Assembly: GCA_963786935.1 (NCBI GenBank)
Contig: CAWBAN010000001.1
Coordinates: forward strand, 800,001-864,000
DNA from: an uncultured bacterium
GTDB lineage: Bacteria > Krumholzibacteriota > Krumholzibacteriia > Krumholzibacteriales > Krumholzibacteriaceae
DNA: 64,000 nt
Reading direction: 5' to 3'
The notes beneath the pieces are model-generated. The model made no database searches. It saw only the letters and a list, made by a program, of their open reading frames with translations, and had not been told where the DNA came from. Position 1 is the first letter of the stretch, and the number at the start of each line of letters is the position of its first letter. Shown here piece after piece: positions 1 to 9,856 of this stretch. The position numbers were made by a program, and so were the translations under genes.

Positions 1-1
1 G

Positions 2-193
2 ATTCTCGAGTTCTTTTCGGAGCGCGCTCCGGGAACGCGGGTCGTGACCATCGGCCTTCCGGATCGATTCGTGCCGCACGGCAAGCGGGAGGATCTGCTC
101 GCGGAGGTCGGCCTGTCCCCGGAGACGGTGGCCGCGGAAGTTTCCCGTTTCATCGGACCGGGCGCGGGGGCCCGTCACGGAGGAAATCGATGA
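2..193 (+). CDS. dxs: 1-deoxy-D-xylulose-5-phosphate synthase, C-terminal fragment (5' truncated by window)
   Basis: Frame +2 reads ...RVVTIGLPDRFVPHGKREDLLAEVGL..., typical of the Dxs C-terminus; the TGA stop overlaps the nadK ATG (ATGA); dxs-nadK-recN synteny. Confidence 0.85.
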   Translation: MLEFFSERAPGTRVVTIGLPDRFVPHGKREDLLAEVGLSPETVAAEVSRFIGPGAGARHGGNR

Positions 194-1053
194 AAATAAC
201 GAAGCTCGGTGTGGTCGCCAATTCGAAAAAGAAGGATATCCGCGGAGTCATCGCGGACGTGCTCGCGATGATCCCCGGGGGGGTGACCGCGTGCGGGCTC
301 GAGGAGACGGCGGCGCTGGCGAGCGCCGGCGCGATCCGGCCCGTCGAGGGCTTGAGCGGGTGCGACGCGGTGCTCGCGCTCGGCGGCGACGGCACCCTGC
401 TCATGGCGGCGCGCCTCGTGGCCGACGAGGAGATCCCGCTCCTCGGCATCAAGATCAGGAGCCTCGGCTTTCTCGCCGAGGACGATCCGCGGCGCGCGAT
501 CGGGGATCTGTTCGCGGGACGCTTCTCGATTCAGGATCGTCTCCGGCTCTCGATCGTCTGCGAAGGGGGGGGCGGGGGGCCGAGAACGTTCTCCGCGCTG
601 AACGACGCGGTCATCCACGGGGCGGGCGTGTCGCGGGTGCTCCATCTCGAGACGACGATGAACGGAACGGTGCTCGGCGAATACCTGGCCGACGGCGTGA
701 TCGTGGCGACCCCGACGGGATCGACGGCCTATTCGCTCGCGGCGGGAGGGCCGATCGTCAACCCGACGAGCGTCGAGGCGTTCGTCATCACCCCGCTCTG
801 CCCGCATTCGCTCTCCGTCCGTCCGATCGTCGTGAGCGCTTCCGAGACGATCTCCGTCGCGGTCGTCGAAGAGGCGCAGGAGACGCTCCTCACGATCGAC
901 GGCCAGCAGTCGTGCGCGATCGGGAGCGCTCACCGGGTCACGTTCAAACGCTGCCCGAAGGCGACGAAGCTCATCGTGACGGGGGGCTACAGCTTCTACG
1001 ATACGGTTCGGCGGAAACTCAAGTGGGGCGGGATGCTTCGACAGGATCATTGA
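190..1053 (+). CDS. nadK: NAD kinase
   Basis: GGDGT, ALND, DGVIVATPTGSTAYSLAAGGP motifs. Confidence 0.97.
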   Translation: MKITKLGVVANSKKKDIRGVIADVLAMIPGGVTACGLEETAALASAGAIRPVEGLSGCDAVLALGGDGTLLMAARLVADEEIPLLGIKIRSLGFLAEDDPRRAIGDLFAGRFSIQDRLRLSIVCEGGGGGPRTFSALNDAVIHGAGVSRVLHLETTMNGTVLGEYLADGVIVATPTGSTAYSLAAGGPIVNPTSVEAFVITPLCPHSLSVRPIVVSASETISVAVVEEAQETLLTIDGQQSCAIGSAHRVTFKRCPKATKLIVTGGYSFYDTVRRKLKWGGMLRQDH

Positions 1054-1069
1054 CCGGGGGAGGTTGGGG

Positions 1070-2761
1070 ATGCTCAGGGAGATCCGGATTCGCAATCTGG
1101 CGATCGTCGAGGACGCGGCGATACCGTTCACCGAGGGGCTCAACGTCATGACGGGGTCGACGGGCGCGGGGAAATCGATCATCCTCGCCGCCGTCGATCT
1201 CCTCTCCGGCGCGCGGGCGCGCAAGTCGCTCATCCGGAAAGGGGCGGCGAGCCTGACCGTCGAAGGGATCTTTTCGGTCGATGATCGCTGGCCGCTCCGC
1301 GGGCGGCTCGGCCTGTCGGCGGGCGAATCGGAGCTGTCCATCCGCCGCGAGCTCGCGGCCGACGGGCGGAACAGGATCTGGATCAACGGCATGCTCTCGA
1401 CCGTGGCGTCGTCGCAGGAATCGGCGAGCGCCCTCATCGAGCTGCACGGTCAGCACCGGCAACAGGAATTCCTCGATCCGGCCAATCACATCGCGTACCT
1501 CGACGCGTGGGGGGACTACGGCGAGCCGCTCGATCGCGCCGCGGCGGCGATCGCCGCGTTCACGGGGGCCTCGGAGCGCCTCGCTCGCCTCGTCGCCGAA
1601 GAGGAGGAGCACCGCCGCCGCGAGGATTACCTGCGCTTCCAGCTCGCCGAGCTCGAGGAGCTGAAGCTCGAGCCCGATCTGGACCGCCGGCTCGAAACGA
1701 AAATCAAGCAGATCGAGAACAAACAGCGGTATATCTCGGCTCTCCAGGAGGCGCTCCGGTCCCTCGAGGGGGAGGAGGGCTCGGCCGCGGAGCGGCTGGT
1801 TCGGGCCGCGCGGTCGCTCGAATCGATCGCGGTGATCAACACCGCGTGGGGGAACGAGGCCGAGGCGATCACGGCGGCGCGGATATCGGTTCAGGACGTC
1901 GCGCGCGCGATCGCGCGTTCGCTCGCGGAGGCGGAGGACGCGTCCGAGGATATCGAGAGTCTCCAGCAGCGACTCGCCGCCATCCAGCGCGCGAGTCGGA
2001 AGCATTTGCTCGATTGCGCGGGGCTCGTTTCGAAGCGCGACGAGCTTCGGGATATCCTCGCGGCCCTCGACGGGGGCTCGGCGGCGGTCGAGGAGGCGAA
2101 ACGCGAGCGGGAGCGAGCGCGGCGGACGCTCGTTCCGATGCTGGAGGAACTGAGCGCGCGGCGCGTGAAGAGCGCCGGGCGGCTCGACCGGCAGGTGACC
2201 GGGGAGCTGCAGAAGCTCGGGATGAAGGGCGCGCTCTTCGCGACGAAGGTCGAGCGCCTCGAAAATAACGCTTTGCAAGAGAGCGGCGGTGCCATACATT
2301 TAACGCCGAGAGGCTGGGATCGAGTCGAGTTCACGATCCGGACGAACGTCGGCGAGGAGATCCATCCTCTCGCGGATATCGCCTCGGGCGGCGAGCTGTC
2401 GAGAATCACGCTCGTGCTCAAGAAGCTCGAGGTCGAGGAGAAGCGGATCCCGACGCTCATATTCGACGAGATCGATACGGGGCTCGGGGCGGATCTCGGC
2501 GGCGTGGTCGCCGAGAGGCTTTCCGAGCTCTCGCGGCGATATCAGATCATCTGCATCACCCATCTGCCGCAGGTGGCCGCGCAGGCCGCCCACCACATCA
2601 GGGTGGAAAAGCAGGTGCGGGGAGAGCGGACGATCGCCTCCGCGCGGATCCTCGAGGGACGCGATCGCGTCGCCGAGATCGCGCGGATGCTCGGCGGCAC
2701 AGGAAAGCTCCGCGAGGAACTCGCGGAAGAGCTTCTCGATAACGGCAAGGGGCGCCCGTAG
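1070..2761 (+). CDS. recN: DNA repair protein RecN
   Basis: Walker A TGSTGAGKS, HGQH Q-loop, ASGGE signature, FDEID, CITHLPQVA; GGAGG RBS upstream. Confidence 0.97.
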   Translation: MLREIRIRNLAIVEDAAIPFTEGLNVMTGSTGAGKSIILAAVDLLSGARARKSLIRKGAASLTVEGIFSVDDRWPLRGRLGLSAGESELSIRRELAADGRNRIWINGMLSTVASSQESASALIELHGQHRQQEFLDPANHIAYLDAWGDYGEPLDRAAAAIAAFTGASERLARLVAEEEEHRRREDYLRFQLAELEELKLEPDLDRRLETKIKQIENKQRYISALQEALRSLEGEEGSAAERLVRAARSLESIAVINTAWGNEAEAITAARISVQDVARAIARSLAEAEDASEDIESLQQRLAAIQRASRKHLLDCAGLVSKRDELRDILAALDGGSAAVEEAKRERERARRTLVPMLEELSARRVKSAGRLDRQVTGELQKLGMKGALFATKVERLENNALQESGGAIHLTPRGWDRVEFTIRTNVGEEIHPLADIASGGELSRITLVLKKLEVEEKRIPTLIFDEIDTGLGADLGGVVAERLSELSRRYQIICITHLPQVAAQAAHHIRVEKQVRGERTIASARILEGRDRVAEIARMLGGTGKLREELAEELLDNGKGRP

Positions 2762-2828
2762 CTCAGCTGGATAGAGCACCAGCCTCCGGAGCTGGGTGTC
2801 GGAGGTTCGAATCCTCTCGGGCGCGCCA
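2752..2828 (+). tRNA. tRNA-Arg(CCG)
   Basis: Cloverleaf GCGCCCG...CGGGCGC-G-CCA; anticodon arm CCAGC-CT CCG GA-GCTGG; TTCGAAT T-loop. Confidence 0.97.
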
Positions 2829-2864
2829 TCTTTTTTTACCGGACGCTCCGCGGGAAGGGCTCTC

Positions 2865-4583
2865 GTGAACGCATTCGGGTCGGTGCTGCTCGCTACCGCG
2901 ATCGCGATCCATGCGGTATCGGGTGCGGGGAGCGCCGCCGCGCCCCCTGAGCCGCGGGCCGGCGTGGCCGCGCGCATCGGCGTTTCGACGGACGCCGCGG
3001 CCGCCGTCGAGCGGGATTCCCTCGAATCGATGGTCAGGTTTCTCTCGGTCGACCCCGCCGCCGGCGTTCCCCGGAGCCGGTACGCGCTGCGGGAAGCGCC
3101 GCTCCTCCTCATAGCCGATTCGCTCGCGGCGCGCCTCTCGCGGTACACGGGCTCTTCCGTCGAGCGGTACCCGTTCACCTTCGAGCGGAGCGTCGGCGTC
3201 GATGCGACGGACAGCTCCTTCACCGGCTGGAATCTCGCCGCGCGCGTCCTGGGCACCGGCGCCGTCTCGGGCGTATTTCTCATCACGGCTCATTTCGACG
3301 CGACCGCGTCGCGGACGCCCGGCTGGGCGGGCAATTGGCGGACATGGCCGGCGCCGGGCGCCGACGACAACGCGACGGGAGTCGCGGCCCTCATGGAGGC
3401 CGCGCGCGTCCTGTCGCCGCGGGACCTTCCGTTCGATCTCATGTTCGTGCTCTTCTCGGCCGAGGAGCTGGGTCTTCTCGGGAGCCGGGCCTTCGTCGAG
3501 GCGCTGCCCGACATCGATCCCGGCAGGATCATCGGCGTGCTCAATTGCGACATGATCGGCTATCCGCTCAACGGGTATCCCGCGGGAACGGTTGTTTCGA
3601 ATCCTTCGTCGGACTGGCTCGCGGGGCTCGTCGCGGAGTCGGCGGCGCAGAGCGACCCGTCCTTCCCGCTCGCCGTCCTGAGCCCCGGTCCGTCGAATTC
3701 GGATCACGCGCCCTTCTGGGAGGCTTCGATTCCCGCGGTGATGTTCATCGAGCCGCTCGAGGAAACGATGCTCATCGGGTCCCCGTACTACCACACGATC
3801 GTCGATACGACCGGCAACGTCGACTTCGAGCAGGCGGACCGCATCACGCGGATCGTCGTCGATTTCATCGAGCGCGCCGCGGCGGCGGACGCCGAGGCTT
3901 CGCTGCTCCCCTCGGACGTCGTGCTTCTCAGGCGCGGTTACCCCGTATCGAGCCGGGCGTTCGCGATCGGCGACACGATGACCGTGCGCGTCGTGGCCCG
4001 GAACCGGGGGAGCGAGGAAGCGCCGGCGGGAAGCGACATGCGCCTGTCCATTCTCATCGAGAACGCATCGCTCAGGCGGACCCTCTATTCGGAAATTCTT
4101 CCGGTTCCGGCTCCGCTCGACGCGGAAACGGCCTCGGCGCGCGTCGTGCTCGACGAGAGCCTTCTCGGCGCGAACACGGTCGAGGCGTCCATCTCGGTGC
4201 GCGGGATGAGCGACGACCCGGCGGACAACGTCGCTGAAATCTGGCTCTCCGTGGAAGGAGAGGAGCAGGTCGTTCTCATGCACGCGGTTCAGCCGAACCC
4301 GGTGACGTCGGGGATCGGGGAGGCCGCCTTCTGCGTGAATCTTACGCGCGGCGCCGATATCGGGATCTTTCTGCACAACCTCGAAGGCGAGCTCATCGGA
4401 ACGGCCTACGCGGGCTCCCGATGGGGGGAGCCGCTGAAGGCCGGCATGAACTGCCTTCGTCTCGGCGACCTCTTTCCGGGCCTCGGCCGGCTGGCGTCGG
4501 GAATCTATTTGTACCGGCTCGTCGTGTACGACGGCGGCGCGATCGGGGCGAGCTACGCGGGCCGTTTCGCCGTGCAGGAGTGA
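2865..4583 (+). CDS. Secreted M28-family zinc peptidase with Ig-like domain and T9SS type-A/FlgD-like C-terminal domain
   Basis: Signal peptide; AHFD, GADDNATG, AEELGLLGS, NCDMIG, SDH, YYHT motifs; C-terminus QPNP...LASGIYLYRL; GTG start is an estimate. Confidence 0.88.
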   Translation: MNAFGSVLLATAIAIHAVSGAGSAAAPPEPRAGVAARIGVSTDAAAAVERDSLESMVRFLSVDPAAGVPRSRYALREAPLLLIADSLAARLSRYTGSSVERYPFTFERSVGVDATDSSFTGWNLAARVLGTGAVSGVFLITAHFDATASRTPGWAGNWRTWPAPGADDNATGVAALMEAARVLSPRDLPFDLMFVLFSAEELGLLGSRAFVEALPDIDPGRIIGVLNCDMIGYPLNGYPAGTVVSNPSSDWLAGLVAESAAQSDPSFPLAVLSPGPSNSDHAPFWEASIPAVMFIEPLEETMLIGSPYYHTIVDTTGNVDFEQADRITRIVVDFIERAAAADAEASLLPSDVVLLRRGYPVSSRAFAIGDTMTVRVVARNRGSEEAPAGSDMRLSILIENASLRRTLYSEILPVPAPLDAETASARVVLDESLLGANTVEASISVRGMSDDPADNVAEIWLSVEGEEQVVLMHAVQPNPVTSGIGEAAFCVNLTRGADIGIFLHNLEGELIGTAYAGSRWGEPLKAGMNCLRLGDLFPGLGRLASGIYLYRLVVYDGGAIGASYAGRFAVQE

Positions 4584-4594
4584 GGTGCATTTCC

Positions 4595-4930
4595 ATGCCG
4601 TTCGATTTCAGAAAGCAGGCGCGGCGCCGGAGATTCGGCTCGTCGGCGGGGGACCGGCTCGCGCGCTCGAGGGAGTACTATTACTCGTTATTCACCACCC
4701 TCGGGGTGAAAATTGTACTTTTTTTCTTCCTCTGGATGCTTTTCGGCTCCGCGGTCCGCGTCATGCGGAAGAGCTTCAAGAACGTGTCGGACGCCTGGAA
4801 AATCGCGTTGCCCGCCGCGGTTGCGTTCATCGCCCTCCTGATAGGGTATCATATTTATAAAAATATCAAGGAGATACGGCGATGCGGCCGCGAGCTCGCG
4901 GAAGAGCGCAAGAAAAGCCTCGGCGCCTGA
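4595..4930 (+). CDS. Small membrane protein, two predicted TM helices, unknown function
   Basis: GAGGTG RBS before ATG; two hydrophobic segments flanked by basic residues. Confidence 0.7.
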   Translation: MPFDFRKQARRRRFGSSAGDRLARSREYYYSLFTTLGVKIVLFFFLWMLFGSAVRVMRKSFKNVSDAWKIALPAAVAFIALLIGYHIYKNIKEIRRCGRELAEERKKSLGA

Positions 4931-4980
4931 CCGCGGAACCCCCTCTCTTCCCGCCTGTCATTTGAGCGTATCTCGTTTCG

Positions 4981-4996
4981 TGGCATATATATTGCG
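4981..4996 (+). promoter_or_regulatory. sigma-54 -24/-12 promoter upstream of the diguanylate cyclase/EPS operon
   Basis: TGGCATATATATTGCG = TGGCA-N6-TTGC, GG-N10-GC spacing. Confidence 0.8.
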
Positions 4997-5025
4997 TATC
5001 CCGCTGCGGTCCCGAACGAAACCGG

Positions 5026-6081
5026 ATGATCATGGTGCGAACCTGCGACGACAAAGACATCCTCTTCAAGACCTTTGCCGAGATCACGAGCCTCATGAGC
5101 TCCGGCAAGGACAACCGGATCATTCTGCAGAAAATCATCGAGAACGCCTTGAGCATTCTGCCGTCGCGAAAAGTCTATCTCATCTTCCTCGACAATCAGC
5201 GCATCGTGAAGTACACGGGGATGATCCGGGACCGGGGGAGACGAATCGCCGTGGAAGACATGCCGGCCTCCGCGGGCATCGTGAACTGGCTGCATCGGGA
5301 GTACGATTCGGTGAAGAGCGCCGAGCGGGTCCTGTCGCTCGACCTGTCGGTCCTCGCGACGGAGTTCCTCCATGACGAGGATTCCAGCAGCACCGTCGTG
5401 TCGGCGCCGCTCATCGCGAAGAACTCGCTCTTCGGCGTCATCATCGCCATCAACGACAAGGATCGGCGCCCGTTCAGCGAAGACGACATTCATCTGCTGA
5501 CGATCATGGCGAACCAGGCGGCGATCGCTTTCGAGAACTACGTCCTCTACAAGAAGCTCGAGGTCGAATCGATCACGGACGGGCTCACCGGAATCTACAA
5601 CTATCGGTTCCTCATTCGTTCGATCAAGCTCGAGATGAAGCGGGCGAAACGGTTCGCGTACGCGTGCAGCTTCGTCATGATCGACGTCGACAATCTCAAG
5701 GAATACAACGATCGCAACGGCCATCTCTCCGGCTCGCGGGCGCTGCGGGACATCGCCCAGGTGATCACGCGGAACTGCCGGGAGATCGACCTCGTGGCGA
5801 AATACGGCGGCGACGAATTCGCCCTGCTGCTGCCGCACACGGGGCTCGAGGGAGCCATGCGGCTCGGGGAGCGCATGCTGAAGGCGATCCGGCATTTCAA
5901 GTTCGACGGCGTAACGCCGGAGCTGCTCACGTGCAGCATGGGGGTCGCCGTCTATCCCGACGACGCCCGCACCGTCGAGACGCTCATCGATCGGGCGGAC
6001 GCGGCGTTGTACGTCGCGAAATCGCGGGGAAAAAACAGCGTCGTGAGCTACCGCGCGGTCGATCCCGCGACCGCCGTATGA
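5026..6081 (+). CDS. GAF-sensor diguanylate cyclase
   Basis: GAF domain, DGLTGIYN, DVDNLKEYND..GH, intact GGDEF with RxxD I-site (REID). Confidence 0.95.
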   Translation: MIMVRTCDDKDILFKTFAEITSLMSSGKDNRIILQKIIENALSILPSRKVYLIFLDNQRIVKYTGMIRDRGRRIAVEDMPASAGIVNWLHREYDSVKSAERVLSLDLSVLATEFLHDEDSSSTVVSAPLIAKNSLFGVIIAINDKDRRPFSEDDIHLLTIMANQAAIAFENYVLYKKLEVESITDGLTGIYNYRFLIRSIKLEMKRAKRFAYACSFVMIDVDNLKEYNDRNGHLSGSRALRDIAQVITRNCREIDLVAKYGGDEFALLLPHTGLEGAMRLGERMLKAIRHFKFDGVTPELLTCSMGVAVYPDDARTVETLIDRADAALYVAKSRGKNSVVSYRAVDPATAV

Positions 6082-6200
6082 TGTATTGAACAGCCGTCCC
6101 GATGAGGTGTATCATCGGGGCGCCGCCGGCGTGCCGCGCGGCGAACGACCGCCGCCGGGGGACGCCGGCTGAGCACGGGTGCACGAATCTCGGAGGATCT

Positions 6201-7139
6201 ATGGCGCGCTATCTCGTAACGGGTGGAGCCGGATTCATCGGATCGAATATCGTCGAAGCGCTCGTCGAGCGGGGGGAACAGGTCGTCGTTCTCGACGATC
6301 TCTCGACCGGATTCGAAAAGAACATCGCGCATCTGCGGAACGAGATCACGTTCATAAAGGGAGACATCAGGGACGCCGAGACGGTCCGCGAGGCGCTCGC
6401 CGGCGTCGACTACGTCATCCATGAGGCGGCGCTCGCCTCGGTTCCCCGGAGCATCGAGGACCCGGTGCTCGTGACCGACGTGAACGTGCGTGGCACGTTG
6501 ATCATGCTCGAGGAGTCCCGGCGCGCCGGCGTGAAGCGATTCGTCTACGCCGCTTCATCGTCCGCGTACGGCGACACGGAGACGTTGCCGAAGGTGGAAA
6601 CGATGACGCCGAAGCCGCTCTCCCCGTACGCGGCGAGCAAGCTCATGGGGGAGTACTACTGCGCGGTGTACGCTCACGTGTACGGCCTGTCGACGGTGTC
6701 GCTCCGCTATTTCAACATCTTCGGCCCGCGTCAGGATCCGAAGAGCCAGTATTCGGCCGTCATACCGATCTTCGTTTCGCACCTGCTGGCGGGGAAAGCG
6801 CCGACCATCTTCGGGGACGGCGCTCAGAGCAGGGACTTCACCTTCGTGGCGAACGTCGTCGAGGCGAACATCGCGGCGTCGCGATGCGAGGAGGCGCGGG
6901 GGCAGGCGGTCAACATCGCGTGCGGCGGCCATTACACGCTGAACGAGCTGTTCGCGGAGATGCAGCGCATCATCGGCTCCTCGGTCACGCCGCGGTACGC
7001 CGAGGCGCGGCCCGGCGACGTCAGGCACTCGCACGCCGACATCTCGGCGGCGGCGAAGCTCATCGGCTACCGCGTCGCGGTTCCGTTCGAAGAGGGAATC
7101 ACGCGGACGATCGCATGGTACCGCGCGGCGCACGCGTAA
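6201..7139 (+). CDS. NAD-dependent nucleotide-sugar epimerase (WbpP/UDP-GlcNAc 4-epimerase-like SDR)
   Basis: TGGAGFIGS, ASSSAYG, PLSPYAASK, LRYFNIFGPRQDP. Confidence 0.93.
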   Translation: MARYLVTGGAGFIGSNIVEALVERGEQVVVLDDLSTGFEKNIAHLRNEITFIKGDIRDAETVREALAGVDYVIHEAALASVPRSIEDPVLVTDVNVRGTLIMLEESRRAGVKRFVYAASSSAYGDTETLPKVETMTPKPLSPYAASKLMGEYYCAVYAHVYGLSTVSLRYFNIFGPRQDPKSQYSAVIPIFVSHLLAGKAPTIFGDGAQSRDFTFVANVVEANIAASRCEEARGQAVNIACGGHYTLNELFAEMQRIIGSSVTPRYAEARPGDVRHSHADISAAAKLIGYRVAVPFEEGITRTIAWYRAAHA

Positions 7140-7219
7140 ATCCCGTGCCGTTTTCTCTTTACAGGCCGCTTCGCGAGACGATAGGATGCCTGAGGCATAT
7201 ACGAAAGGCGGCACCCGAA

Positions 7220-8161
7220 TTGAGAGGAAAAAGCTCATGCACGATCGCGGCGATGGCTCTCGTCGCAACCCTCCTTGCAGCGGCGCTCCCTGCCCAGGAG
7301 GTTCGCCTGCGGAACGGAGATACGATCAGGCTCGAGGTCCCGGAGCGCGAGGATCTCGGGAAGCTTCTGACCGTCGACGAGAAGGGGGACGTGAGCCTCC
7401 CCATCGTGGGGGCGATCCGCGTCGAAGGGCTCACGATCGAGCAGGCGCGGAGCGCGCTGCTCCGTTCCCTCCAGGATATATATCCGAGCATCCAGAGCAT
7501 CATGATCACGCTCCAGGGGGAGGATGCGCGCAGGGTCATCTACGTGCAGGGAGCGGTCGCGAACCCTGGAAAGTACGAGATCGGAGGCACGCCTTCGATA
7601 TGGGACGCGATCAAGGAGGCGGGAGGAGCGACGGCGACCGCATCCCTCGAAGCGGTCCGGATCGTGAGAACCTCGAAGGAGGGAAGCACGACATCCATCG
7701 TGAATCTGCAGCAGGCGCTCGATTCGGGGAGTCTCAGCTCGCTTCCGCTGCTCCAACCCGGCGATGCGGTCGTCGTGCCGGAGCGAGAAGCAGCGTACAC
7801 GGGGGCGGGGGCGGTGAATGTCTTCGGCGCGGTCCTTCGCCCCGCGTCGTATTCCATGCCGGAACAGAAAAGGCTCATCGACGCAATCCTCGCCGCGGGC
7901 GGGCCCGCCGCGAACGCACGATTGAGCAAGGTGACCGTCATCCGCCGGTCTCCCGGCGGAGGCGTCATCACGATGGGGGTTGATTTCAAGCGGTATCTCG
8001 AAATCGGCGACATGCAGCACAACCCGCCGATATTTCCGAACGACACGGTGAACGTTCCGCAGAGCAGCTCTTTCTGGACGACGCTGGCCAGTCCGAACTT
8101 TCTGCTCGCCGTCGTCACGGCGTCCGCCACTATCGCAGCGCTCGTCATCTATAACGATTGA
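7220..8161 (+). CDS. Polysaccharide export protein (OPX/Wza-like, Poly_export plus SLBB domains)
   Basis: G.VSLPIVGAIRVEGLT, VQGAVANPG.Y, DAI..AGG repeats; TTG start gives a plausible signal peptide (start uncertain). Confidence 0.88.
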   Translation: MRGKSSCTIAAMALVATLLAAALPAQEVRLRNGDTIRLEVPEREDLGKLLTVDEKGDVSLPIVGAIRVEGLTIEQARSALLRSLQDIYPSIQSIMITLQGEDARRVIYVQGAVANPGKYEIGGTPSIWDAIKEAGGATATASLEAVRIVRTSKEGSTTSIVNLQQALDSGSLSSLPLLQPGDAVVVPEREAAYTGAGAVNVFGAVLRPASYSMPEQKRLIDAILAAGGPAANARLSKVTVIRRSPGGGVITMGVDFKRYLEIGDMQHNPPIFPNDTVNVPQSSSFWTTLASPNFLLAVVTASATIAALVIYND

Positions 8162-8173
8162 AGAAGGATCGAC

Positions 8174-9856
8174 GTGGAGAATGTCAGGAAAATGACGCCG
8201 GGGGAGGAGGAGGGCAGGATCAACCTCCATGCCTACTGGAAGGTGTTCTGGAGGAAGAAGTTCTTCATCATCATTCCGCTCGTGCTCTCCACGATCATCG
8301 CGGTCGTCGGCGTCCGCCGCCTGACGCCTGTATTCGAATCGCACACGCTCCTTTCGATGGAGAGCAACAATCTTCTCTCGCCCACGCTGGAACGCTACCT
8401 GCCTTCGGCCGAGCCCCGGAGCCAGTCGCGGAATCAGGAGCTGCGGGCCATGATCGAGACGCGGGTGAAGAGCAACGATTTTCTCAAGGCCGTCGTCGAG
8501 GATCTCGGCCTGCAGCGATCCGAGCAGGTGCGCAGGTACGTGGAGCGGTCGGCGCGCGGGAGGCAAGGCTCGTTGCCCCTCGACGATCTTGTCATGCGCC
8601 ATCTCGTCGGTCTTCTCGAAGAAAAGATCGAGGTCGCGAGCCCCATGCCGGGGTTCTTCACGATCGGGGTCTACGACACGGACCCGACGACCGCGTACCG
8701 GCTCGCCGAGCGCATCGCGGATATGTTCGTGAGCACGACGCGGCGGGACCAGATACAGGGCGCCCGGCAGGCCGGGGCGTTCAGCGACGAGCAGCTCGCG
8801 ATCTACAAGGAGAAGCTCGAGGCGTCCGAAAAGGAGCTCGCCCGCGTCAAGCTCGCGATGGCGTCCAGCGACGTGGAAAACAATCCGATCAATTCGGCGA
8901 ACGTGAATTACGCGCGCACGTTGAAGCAGACGGCCGGGGCGGAGGCGGACCGCAGCGGCATCGCCGTTCGGCGCGTGCGGGAGCGGCTCGTCCAGCTTCT
9001 CAATGTCGTTCCCTCATCGGACCGGGTTCTCTCCGACGAAACGGTGCGCAACTGCGAGAACAAGCTCGTCGCTTACGGCGAGGGGAAGCTCCTGCGCGAC
9101 CTTTCGGGCACGCAGCAGGCGCCGTTACCGTTGGACGAGTACAACGAGGCCGTGACGCTTCTCAGAGCGCGGATCACCGAGATCATCCGGGTCGAATATC
9201 GCGATCTCTCCCCGGATATTCATCCGCTCATCGTCGAGTACTATTACCAGCGCTCCATGAACGATTACCATCAGACCATCGACCGGAAGCTCCAGGGATA
9301 TATCGATCAGTTCACGAAGAGTTACGGAAGCCGACCGAACCTCGAGCGGGAAGTAAGCAGGCTCACGCAGGACGTCGAGGCGAACCGGACGATCTACCGC
9401 GCGTTGCTCGAATCGAAGACCTCGGCCCGAATCGGCGAAGCGGCGCAGACGACGGATCTCGGTCTCGGCATGAGCATCATCGAACGCGCCGAGAAGCCGC
9501 TGACGCCGGTCAAGCCGAATCCCCAGAAGGTCATATTGATCGCGATCATGTTCGGCGGGATCTGCGGGCTCGGCGCGATCATCGTCACCGAGTACATCGA
9601 CGATTCGTTCCGGTCGATCGAGGAGGTCGAGCGTGTGCTCAAGGTGCCGGTGCTCGGCACGATTCCCAAGATGGCGGCCGGCTTTTCCTGGGAACGGAAG
9701 CGGCGCGGCCTCATGATCGTCTCCTGGATCGTCGGCGTGACCGTGTTCGCTGCCATTCTGTCGGGAGCCCTCTACATCTTCTCGGATCGTCTGAAATCGA
9801 GCAGTCTCGGCATCGAGCTCAAGGAAGACTGGCCGGCGGGTGAGGTTCACCAGTGA
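8174..9856 (+). CDS. Polysaccharide co-polymerase (Wzc/GumC-like)
   Basis: N-terminal TM, coiled coil, Pro-rich AEKPLTPVKPN, TM, VLGTIP. Confidence 0.9.
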   Translation: MENVRKMTPGEEEGRINLHAYWKVFWRKKFFIIIPLVLSTIIAVVGVRRLTPVFESHTLLSMESNNLLSPTLERYLPSAEPRSQSRNQELRAMIETRVKSNDFLKAVVEDLGLQRSEQVRRYVERSARGRQGSLPLDDLVMRHLVGLLEEKIEVASPMPGFFTIGVYDTDPTTAYRLAERIADMFVSTTRRDQIQGARQAGAFSDEQLAIYKEKLEASEKELARVKLAMASSDVENNPINSANVNYARTLKQTAGAEADRSGIAVRRVRERLVQLLNVVPSSDRVLSDETVRNCENKLVAYGEGKLLRDLSGTQQAPLPLDEYNEAVTLLRARITEIIRVEYRDLSPDIHPLIVEYYYQRSMNDYHQTIDRKLQGYIDQFTKSYGSRPNLEREVSRLTQDVEANRTIYRALLESKTSARIGEAAQTTDLGLGMSIIERAEKPLTPVKPNPQKVILIAIMFGGICGLGAIIVTEYIDDSFRSIEEVERVLKVPVLGTIPKMAAGFSWERKRRGLMIVSWIVGVTVFAAILSGALYIFSDRLKSSSLGIELKEDWPAGEVHQ

